From assembly GCA_027371535.1 (NCBI GenBank), contig DAHXMV010000005.1:1-55437 (forward strand): a stretch of DNA of 55,437 nt, written 5' to 3'. A model generated the notes under the pieces. The model was given only the letters and a program-made list of their open reading frames with translations, was not told the origin of the DNA and did not search any database. The translations under genes were made by a program, and so were the position numbers. This document shows, in pieces, positions 45,465 through 52,545 of this stretch. Origin of the DNA: Candidatus Amesbacteria bacterium (GTDB lineage Bacteria > Patescibacteriota > Microgenomatia > CAZETR01 > Amesbacteraceae). Each line of letters opens with the position of its first letter. Within the stretch, counting starts at the first letter, position 1.

Positions 45465-45725
45465 ATGAGCCGAAACAACAATCAGCTGTTCGAAACCCAA
45501 GATTTCAACCTGTCTTGTTTCCTGCTGGCAAGTGAAATTCATCTCCTCAGTTTAAAACCCACAAACGACCCCCGCAAAGTTATTTTTGTCTTTGAGAAAC
45601 ACCCATCCCTAGAGCAACTAGTACAGGGATTCTGGTCAAACTCACAAAGAATCGAGCCCCTCAAACTTCTAAATGCACAGCGAGTGCTTAAACAACGTTT
45701 ACATTCCTATCTCCTATTCAAATAA
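45465..45725 (+). CDS. DUF5659-like small protein
   Basis: FETQDFNLSCFLLASEIHLLSL...VIFVFEK pattern (from memory). Confidence 0.45.
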   Translation: MSRNNNQLFETQDFNLSCFLLASEIHLLSLKPTNDPRKVIFVFEKHPSLEQLVQGFWSNSQRIEPLKLLNAQRVLKQRLHSYLLFK

Positions 45726-45736
45726 ATGACAATACT

Positions 45737-47359
45737 ATGAATAAGTCATCTGACCAATATACCAATCACGAATTAGGGGATGTATATTTCGCCCAACACA
45801 CAATCTCGACCGAGTTTGCTGTTCAACAGGGAATAACTTGGGACGAAAAAGAAGTGCACATCCCTGTTAGGGATGAAGAAGGTAATGTAATTTTTTCGAA
45901 ACACCGAAACCTTCACTTCACTCCCCACGATACCAACTCCCCACCTAAATACCGCTACGATGCGGGTTCCAAAGCCGCCCTGTTTAATTTCCACGCAGTC
46001 AAGGCGAAGGCCTACATTGTCATCTCGGAGGGTGAGGTGGATTGCCTGAAATTAAGTCAGGAAGACATACCCTCCGTGTCTTCTACCGGCGGAGCTAACA
46101 CTTTCCTGCCTGAGTGGGCTGAACTACTGAAAGACAAGTCGGTGTTTATCTGCCTGGATAACGACAAAGCTGGCCGGGATGGCACAGCCAAAATCACCGC
46201 TTTGCTTCCCGACGCCAAAATAGTCCAATTACCAGAAAACAACAAGGATATTTGTGAATATTTCGCAGATAACCACTCAAAAGAGGATTTCATTGCTTTA
46301 CTTCAAGAGGCTCTGACAATCCCTGAATGGTTACAAAAAAATGAACCGCCGGATTTCAAATGGGTCAGTGCTGAAGAACTAGTCGCCAAAGAGTTTCCGG
46401 AGGAACAGTGGCTGATCGACAAAATCCTATATATGGAAGGCTTTTGTTTTATTTACGGCGCCGAAGGTGTGGGGAAAAGTTTTATCACCTTATCCATGGC
46501 TCAGGCAATAGCTACGGGAACGCCTTGGCTAGGACACTTTCGGGTTCCCCGACCCGGTAGGGTGTTGTTTATCGATAAGGAGAATCCTCTACCTATTCTG
46601 GCAAAGCGCCTGAATGGCATGAAAATTACCGGCGAAAACATTTTCTGGTTGGAACGACCTGAACTCCTAGCTCTCGTCAATATCAAGGGCGAGCTCACTG
46701 ACTTTTTCAAATCGTTATCTCAAAAAGTCCAGAACGAAAAGATCGACCTGATTATTGTCGACTCCTTTGTTGACTTAATGGTTGGTTCCGAAAATTCAGC
46801 AGAAGATACCCAAGGTTTTTTCGAAACTATGCGGACAAACTTCCCGCATAAAACTATTCTACTTATCCACCATGAGAGTAAACCGATACAGGGAGCTTTC
46901 CGAACTGACGCCCAACGCACCCGGGGTTCCACCAATATCAACGCTCAAGCAATTACCCAATTCCGGCTTGAGTCGGTAGCTAAGTCCAAGACAGATCTTA
47001 CTCTCAAGCAAACCAAAGCCCGGAATAGCGAGAAGTTGGATAAGTTCGTGATGAAAATGGTAGTGGAGCAGATTGATGAAAACAATTCTCAAATCACCGG
47101 TTTTGAATATTTAGGTGAAGTGGTAGGAGATGAATCTAAATTTGAGGAAACTAAGCAAATGATACTTGACTTATTTGCCGATAAAATAGTTGTCTCAAGA
47201 GTGGAAGTTGACCAACATTGCGAAGCTAACAATATATCCCCGAGAACTATCGCATCTGTTATTAAAGAAATGATAGATAAAAAAGAACTTTTGGAGTTTC
47301 CGAATGAACAAGATAGAAGAAAAAGAGATTATTCACTCCCAGACAATGAAGAGTCCTAA
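45737..47359 (+). CDS. Toprim-domain primase fused to a RepA/AAA_25-like ATPase
   Basis: EGEVDCLKL and LDNDKAGRDG (Toprim). Walker A GAEGVGKSF, Walker B LIIVDSF. Confidence 0.75.
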   Translation: MNKSSDQYTNHELGDVYFAQHTISTEFAVQQGITWDEKEVHIPVRDEEGNVIFSKHRNLHFTPHDTNSPPKYRYDAGSKAALFNFHAVKAKAYIVISEGEVDCLKLSQEDIPSVSSTGGANTFLPEWAELLKDKSVFICLDNDKAGRDGTAKITALLPDAKIVQLPENNKDICEYFADNHSKEDFIALLQEALTIPEWLQKNEPPDFKWVSAEELVAKEFPEEQWLIDKILYMEGFCFIYGAEGVGKSFITLSMAQAIATGTPWLGHFRVPRPGRVLFIDKENPLPILAKRLNGMKITGENIFWLERPELLALVNIKGELTDFFKSLSQKVQNEKIDLIIVDSFVDLMVGSENSAEDTQGFFETMRTNFPHKTILLIHHESKPIQGAFRTDAQRTRGSTNINAQAITQFRLESVAKSKTDLTLKQTKARNSEKLDKFVMKMVVEQIDENNSQITGFEYLGEVVGDESKFEETKQMILDLFADKIVVSRVEVDQHCEANNISPRTIASVIKEMIDKKELLEFPNEQDRRKRDYSLPDNEES

Positions 47360-47407
47360 CAATCCAACAATATGCAAGTCAACCCACCTCATGCAAAAGA
47401 ATACCTG

Positions 47408-47428
47408 CAAATATGCAAAGCATATTTG
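47408..47428. repeat. Perfect 9-bp inverted repeat CAAATATGC-AAA-GCATATTTG within an ATGCAA-rich tract
   Basis: Read directly. ATGCAA hexamers at 47372, 47391 and 47413. Confidence 0.7.
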
Positions 47429-47540
47429 AATGTATTCTGCATGCATCTATTTTTCAGTAAAACCATACCTACATATTTTAATCCTGGTTCGACATTGATT
47501 GAACTTGACGGAAAGGGGCGGCTGATAGCTGCTTACCGGC

Positions 47541-47699
47541 ATGATAAATAATGAGGCAGATATTGAAGAGTTTCGGAGGTTATATTTTCAAGTGTTTGGC
47601 TTGGAAATTGACTTCCAAACGGCGGCAGAATTGGCAAACCGGTTGATAAGTATTGTTAGGATAGTTTACTTCCCGGACTTGAAAGCTAAAAATGATTGA
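47541..47699 (+). CDS. 52-aa hypothetical ORF (below the ORF-track cutoff)
   Basis: MINNEADIEEFRRLYFQVFGLEIDFQTAAELANRLISIVRIVYFPDLKAKND. No family recognised. Confidence 0.25.
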   Translation: MINNEADIEEFRRLYFQVFGLEIDFQTAAELANRLISIVRIVYFPDLKAKND

Positions 47700-47730
47700 C
47701 ATTCGTAGCCAAAGTGCAAGAATTATAGGT

Positions 47731-47795
47731 GAGCTCAATTTTACCCTTCGGCTTTTTAGTGGCCGTCTCAGTCAAATCCGAAGGGGTTTGAGCTC
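47731..47795 (+). promoter_or_regulatory. Long imperfect hairpin upstream of the serine recombinase gene
   Basis: GAGCTCAATTTTACCCTTCGG ... CCGAAGGGGTTTGAGCTC. Ends 24 nt before ATG 47820. Confidence 0.5.
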
Positions 47796-47819
47796 AAACT
47801 GGGGCGGCCGCTTGAATTT

Positions 47820-49637
47820 ATGAATCAATTTCCAGACCAGTCTCAATTGAAATGTATTGGTTATGCTCGGAAATCGTCTGAGGACAACAAGGAGCGCCAA
47901 GCTGCTAGCCTACCGGAGCAACTTTACATACTTGAGGGGATGAAATCTCGCCTTAAACTTCGGATTGTGGGAATATTGGAAGAATCAAAATCAGCTCACC
48001 AAAAAGGTAGGGAGGTTTTTGAATCAATGTTGGCTAGAGTTGAAGCGGGTGGCGCGAATGCTATCGTAACCTGGCATCCAAATCGTCTGGCTCGAAATAT
48101 GACTGACGGCGGAAGAATTATTGATCTAATGGACTCAGGGAAGCTAATTGAGGTGATAACGCCTTCTAGGGCTTATCTCAACACTCCGGAGGATAAATTT
48201 ATGCTGACTCTGGAGTTTGGATTATCTAAAAAGGACTCTGACGATAAAGCAATCGTTGTAACCAGGGGTTTGGAGAAGAAGTGCCGGGATGGTTGGCGGC
48301 CGGGGGTAGCACCACAAGGCTACCTGAACGACAAAGCGACGGAAAGTGGTTTCCGGCAGGTACTGAAGGACCCGGAAAGGTTTGAGCAGGTTAAAAAGCT
48401 GCTACTCATGTTTTTAGAAGGCGAATCCGTAAATAATTTGCATAGGATAGCTAAAGACGAGTGGGGTTATCGGACAAACCAAAAGAAACGTTCCGGCGGT
48501 GTACCCTTATCTATTTCTATGATTTACAAAATGTTGACAAACCCATTTTACTGTAAAAAATTTGAGTATCCGGAGGGCAGTGGTATTTGGTATCCGGGAA
48601 AACATGAGGCAATGATCACGGAAGATCAATTCAAACAAATTCAGGTGCGGTTGGGGAAGAGAGGTAAATACACATTACAAAACCATGAGTACTCCTTTAC
48701 ATCACTTATAAAGTGTGGCGAATGTAATTCGGTTATCACTGCCGAACAAAAACACCAGGCAATCTGTACAAAATGCAGATACAAATTTTCTCTGACCAAG
48801 AAAAATAAGGACCACTGCACCAAATGCGGAACTAGGATAGAGGAGATGAAGAAACCGACTATTTTGGACTATACATATTACCGCTGCACCAGAAGTCAAC
48901 GCCCCGGGTGCATGCAGAAGGGGCTGAGGCTAGATAAATTGGAAGAGCAGGTAGATTACGAGCTGAGCCAAGTGGAAATCCACCCTCTGTTTGCTCAATG
49001 GGCGTTAAAGCAAATTGAAAAGATGAATCAGGATGAAATCAAGTTGAGAGAAGACAACATCAATAACATTAAAAGGGCTCATGATGCAGCAAGAGCCAAA
49101 CTGGACAACTTGTTACATCTTAAAATCTCTCCGGCTAATTCGGATGGGAGTTTACTGTCGGATGAGAAATTTAGGGAGGAGAAACTAGAGATAGAGACAG
49201 AGGTTAAGAGTTTGGAGAATCAGCTGGCTAATACTGACCAGAGAATGTTGCAGGTGGCTCATGACATTAACGAGACCTTTGAGTTTGCGACGCTGGCCCA
49301 GCAGCGGTTTGCCGCGGCGGATTTAAAGACCAAACGAAAAATGGCCATGGACCTCGGGACGCACCTAATTTTGAAGGACAAAAAAGTCCTGTTTGATAAT
49401 CCATTTCCGATTTTCAAACTTAAAGAGATCAAAAAGGAAGTTCCGTCAGTTGCAATTACACCCGCACCTGAAAATTATGCCTTAGAATCAACAAAAATGG
49501 AGGCTTATTGGGCCTCCATTCCTACTTTGTTGCGGGGCCGGGAATCGCACCCGGTCTGGAAGATTATGAGCCTTCCGTGCGGCTTTACACTACCCCGCAT
49601 ATCAAGGAACCTATTTATTATAACATCGGAATATTAG
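47820..49637 (+). CDS. Large serine recombinase
   Basis: IGYARKSSEDNKERQAASLPEQ catalytic region, recombinase domain, Cys-rich zinc ribbon (CGECNS...CTKCG...YYRC), coiled coil. The last ~36 codons are antisense to a tRNA, so the true stop/tail is uncertain. Confidence 0.85.
   Translation: MNQFPDQSQLKCIGYARKSSEDNKERQAASLPEQLYILEGMKSRLKLRIVGILEESKSAHQKGREVFESMLARVEAGGANAIVTWHPNRLARNMTDGGRIIDLMDSGKLIEVITPSRAYLNTPEDKFMLTLEFGLSKKDSDDKAIVVTRGLEKKCRDGWRPGVAPQGYLNDKATESGFRQVLKDPERFEQVKKLLLMFLEGESVNNLHRIAKDEWGYRTNQKKRSGGVPLSISMIYKMLTNPFYCKKFEYPEGSGIWYPGKHEAMITEDQFKQIQVRLGKRGKYTLQNHEYSFTSLIKCGECNSVITAEQKHQAICTKCRYKFSLTKKNKDHCTKCGTRIEEMKKPTILDYTYYRCTRSQRPGCMQKGLRLDKLEEQVDYELSQVEIHPLFAQWALKQIEKMNQDEIKLREDNINNIKRAHDAARAKLDNLLHLKISPANSDGSLLSDEKFREEKLEIETEVKSLENQLANTDQRMLQVAHDINETFEFATLAQQRFAAADLKTKRKMAMDLGTHLILKDKKVLFDNPFPIFKLKEIKKEVPSVAITPAPENYALESTKMEAYWASIPTLLRGRESHPVWKIMSLPCGFTLPRISRNLFIITSEY
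49530..49599 (-). tRNA. Atypical tRNA-like gene, CAU anticodon, initiator-like acceptor stem
   Basis: Hand fold. TGCGGGG/CCCCGCA, TA, D arm GTGT-AAAGCC-GCAC (no GG), anticodon arm GAAGG-CTCATAA-TCTTC, variable loop CAGA, T arm CCGGG-TGCGATT-CCCGG, discriminator A, then CAA rather than CCA. Confidence 0.5.
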
Positions 49638-49678
49638 TATTGGCTTTCGGAAGTGATATACTGAATATCGGCTGAAAT

Positions 49679-50023
49679 ATGTTTAAGACGCTGACAGATT
49701 TGGGAATGAAAAGGACAGGGAAGCAGGCTTTGGGATTCTATCTGGCTTATCTGCTGCTGTTTATGGTGGTAGGGGGGCTTCTGGGGGGCGTAGCAGGACT
49801 TTCCGGGGTGAATTCGGGGAGCGGGGGGTTTGATACGGGAATGAGGCTGGGGGTGACAGTTTCGGTAATTTTGAGCCTGGGGCTGTCAATTCTGATCCTC
49901 AGGGCTAAAAAGAAACAAAACAGTTTCGGATTGATCCTGATAGCGTTGCTCTCCGGGTTGTTGGCAATCTTAGGCGGCGGACTCTTAGGACTCATACCGG
50001 TAGCGTTTCTGACTACGAAATAG
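49679..50023 (+). CDS. Gly-rich polytopic membrane protein
   Basis: Three to four hydrophobic segments. No recognised family. Confidence 0.45.
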   Translation: MFKTLTDLGMKRTGKQALGFYLAYLLLFMVVGGLLGGVAGLSGVNSGSGGFDTGMRLGVTVSVILSLGLSILILRAKKKQNSFGLILIALLSGLLAILGGGLLGLIPVAFLTTK

Positions 50024-50262
50024 GAATTACACAGGTTATCCACAGAGTATTTTGGGGCTTTAAACAGGATTATATTAAGTGCTTAACCTATAGTATTAGG
50101 GAATGGGAAAAGATGAGACGAGGAATGACTTATAAGCAATACCGGGAACGCAGCTAATGGCAGCAGACCGGGCGTCAAATGAATCACCCCAGGTCATCAA
50201 GCAGAAGATATAAGGATGCTCCGGATTATGAATGATACCGTAGTCGCGGATAGGGTAGCACT

Positions 50263-51039
50263 TTACTGACCCAGAATGAGGTGAACAAAATAGGAGAGCA
50301 AAAAAAGGACAATACTGGCTAAAACTACCAGGGGACCGGAAGACAGGTGGTAGGAGGTGGAGACGAGCGAACCCAGGATGGCGGACAGGATGCCGAAGAA
50401 AGCCGACCAAAAATAATAACTTTTAATGCCCCGGCTGATATTTTTAGCGCTGGCTGCCGGAATAATGACCAGAGCACCCATCAACAGGGTACCCACAAAC
50501 TTAACCCCCAGGGCTACGACGATACCGACTAAAAGAAGGTAGACGAAGTTAACCATTTTGGTGCGGATCTGCAGAGATCTGGCCATCTCCTCCGAGATGA
50601 TACCCAGCATCAGCTGCTTGGAGATAAGATTGGTGACCACAATGATCAGAATTGAAATGCCGACGGCGATCAGACCTTCATAGGGACCCAGGTTTTGAAT
50701 ATTGCCAAAAAGGGCTTCCAGAAGGTCAGGCTGGGGAGTGATGAGGACACCGATTGCCAGGGCGGTAGTAAAGAAGACACCAACCAGGGCCTCAGTGTAG
50801 AGAGCAGTGGTTTCCTGAAAATACCAGATGCCGATGACGGCCAGGGTAAGGGCGATAAAAGCTCCCAAAATCGGGGACTGGTGCAGGGCGATGGCAATAG
50901 CCAGACCGGGAAGGGCGACGTGGGACAGGGCATCTCCGACCAAAGACATGCGTTTTAGGACCATAAAAGAGCCCAAGAAACCGGCCGCGGCGCCGACAAA
51001 GGCACTGGTAGCCAAAAGCAGGATAACGGGAGTAATCAT
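50263..51039 (-). CDS. Metal (Zn/Mn) ABC transporter permease, ABC-3 family
   Basis: LVGDALSHVALPG motif, about 8 TM segments. Start chosen at ATG 51039, giving an ATGA overlap with the ATPase gene. Confidence 0.8.
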   Translation of the reverse strand: MITPVILLLATSAFVGAAAGFLGSFMVLKRMSLVGDALSHVALPGLAIAIALHQSPILGAFIALTLAVIGIWYFQETTALYTEALVGVFFTTALAIGVLITPQPDLLEALFGNIQNLGPYEGLIAVGISILIIVVTNLISKQLMLGIISEEMARSLQIRTKMVNFVYLLLVGIVVALGVKFVGTLLMGALVIIPAASAKNISRGIKSYYFWSAFFGILSAILGSLVSTSYHLSSGPLVVLASIVLFLLSYFVHLILGQ

Positions 51040-51737
51040 GTAGCGTGCTGGTGATGATAGATAGCCGAATTTTGGCCAAACAGCTGTTTTAAGGTGGCCG
51101 GAGTCAGGGCTTTGTCGGGGGGACCGAAACACAAACCCTCTTTGTTTAAACAGAGAACATGAGTGGCGTAGCGGTAGACAACCTGGAGCTCGTGGGAAAT
51201 CAGCAGAATGGTGAGATTTTCCTGATCCTGGAGACGGTGAAGCAGGGAGTAGATAGATTCCTCGGCGGCAATATCCACTCCGGTGGTGGGCTCATCAAAA
51301 AGCAACACCTGGGGGTGGCCGATCAAAGCCCAGGCGATCAGCACCCGCTGCAGTTGTCCGCCGGAGAGAGTCCCCAATTTCAACCTGAGTAAAGCATCGA
51401 CTGAATTTTCAAAGCCGACTGAAGCCAAGACCCGGTGGATTTCGTGAGGATGAGCGTTTTTTAAATCGAAGAATTCCGCCGTGGTCAGCGGCAAGTCGGA
51501 ACCGACGTAAAGTTTTTGCGGGACATAGCCCAATTTGACCAGCGGACCCCATTTTATTTCCCCGGAATAGGGAATCAGACCCAACAGGGTTCTGAAGAGG
51601 ACGGTTTTACCGGCACCATTGGGGCCGATAATGGCCAATGTTTCACCTTTTTGGACGTCAAAGCTAATGTCATCCAAAATCAGATTTTTATTGAACTCAA
51701 CTTTTAAACGGGAGACGTGCAGAATGAAATCGGACAT
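51036..51737 (-). CDS. Metal ABC transporter ATP-binding protein (ZnuC-like)
   Basis: GPNGAGKT, LSGGQLQR, LLFDEPTTGVD. Confidence 0.85.
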   Translation of the reverse strand: MSDFILHVSRLKVEFNKNLILDDISFDVQKGETLAIIGPNGAGKTVLFRTLLGLIPYSGEIKWGPLVKLGYVPQKLYVGSDLPLTTAEFFDLKNAHPHEIHRVLASVGFENSVDALLRLKLGTLSGGQLQRVLIAWALIGHPQVLLFDEPTTGVDIAAEESIYSLLHRLQDQENLTILLISHELQVVYRYATHVLCLNKEGLCFGPPDKALTPATLKQLFGQNSAIYHHQHAT

Positions 51738-51758
51738 AAGAACATTATATGGGATTTA

Positions 51759-51767
51759 TGTTATAAT
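51759..51767 (+). promoter_or_regulatory. Extended -10 promoter element TGTTATAAT
   Basis: TG-N-TATAAT read directly. Divergent from the ABC operon. Confidence 0.45.
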
Positions 51768-51791
51768 TTACGAACAATTTATGAACCTGAC

Positions 51792-51836
51792 GGTGCGGAG
51801 GGTTGGAACCGCGCCTGACGCGGGATTTTTTGTTTT
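51792..51836 (+). promoter_or_regulatory. Candidate transcription attenuator (mutually exclusive hairpins plus U-run)
   Basis: GGTGCGG (51792-98) pairs with CCGCGCC (51809-15). CCGCG (51809-13) alternatively pairs with CGCGG (51819-23), followed by GATTTTTTGTTTT. Confidence 0.45.
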
Positions 51837-51972
51837 ATGAAAAAAGATAACGAAATAATGTATGAAACCGAGGCCGCGTACCGGACGGTACACGGTTTAG
51901 TTTGGGTGCTTTGAGGAAAAAGATTGTAAAGTATACAAGGTATTAGTTTTAGAGCGGAAACTGGAAGAGCAA

Positions 51973-52539
51973 ATGTTTGCAGCGGCTTGTGAAGGATTCA
52001 GAAGAGTACCAACAGAGGATTTCCGAAAAGATGTGGCAGAGCATGTCCGGGACGGAGTACTGTATGTGATTATTAAGGATAGTAAGGCGGTGGGCTTTGC
52101 AGTTTTTAAGGATTATCCGGAACTGAAAACGACATATATATCCGGGATTGTAAAAGGATCCGGAACTCCGTCAGGGATTGTGGAAAAGATAGTGGCCAGG
52201 CACGTTAGTAATTTTGAAACTGCGGTGGTGAGAACCCAAAATGACCGGGTGGTGGAAATAATGAAAGGAGTATGCAGAGAAGTGATACCGATCAGACGGG
52301 AAGCCGATGAAAAAGACCTGGATATATTGAAACAAACTAAATTATTTTCTCCGAAAATGAGCTCTGATTTGGTAGTACACGGACATTACAGTGGCAGTCC
52401 AATGATCGGGGAGGGCGAAAGAAGACGCAGTCAGGACGAAGAAGTAAGAAAAACCACCGACCGCCTGGATTACGAAAAAGGCGATGCGCTCATACTGATT
52501 GGGTTTATTGGGTGTTACAATAATGAAGTCACAACCTAA
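51973..52539 (+). CDS. Hypothetical protein, possibly GNAT-fold
   Basis: VLYVIIKDSKAVGFAVF...ISGIVKGSGTPSGIVEKIV loosely fits the GNAT beta4-alpha3 pattern. Weak assignment. Confidence 0.3.
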   Translation: MFAAACEGFRRVPTEDFRKDVAEHVRDGVLYVIIKDSKAVGFAVFKDYPELKTTYISGIVKGSGTPSGIVEKIVARHVSNFETAVVRTQNDRVVEIMKGVCREVIPIRREADEKDLDILKQTKLFSPKMSSDLVVHGHYSGSPMIGEGERRRSQDEEVRKTTDRLDYEKGDALILIGFIGCYNNEVTT

Positions 52540-52545
52540 AAATTT

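Larger units (their letters stand above)
43934..49637. mobile_element. Core of an integrative element (XRE regulator, two hypotheticals, primase/helicase, large serine recombinase) abutting a tRNA
   Basis: Gene content. The recombinase 3' end overlaps the tRNA at 49530-49599. The left boundary is not defined and may extend to repeat e at 40425. Confidence 0.55.

Noticed and set aside
51792-51836. Canonical T-box riboswitch upstream of the trpS-containing operon.
   Set aside because: Only the T-box-like 14-mer and the alternative hairpins are present. There is no space or sequence for Stem I, a specifier loop or Stem II/III between the promoter and the hairpin. It is reported only as a non-canonical attenuator candidate.
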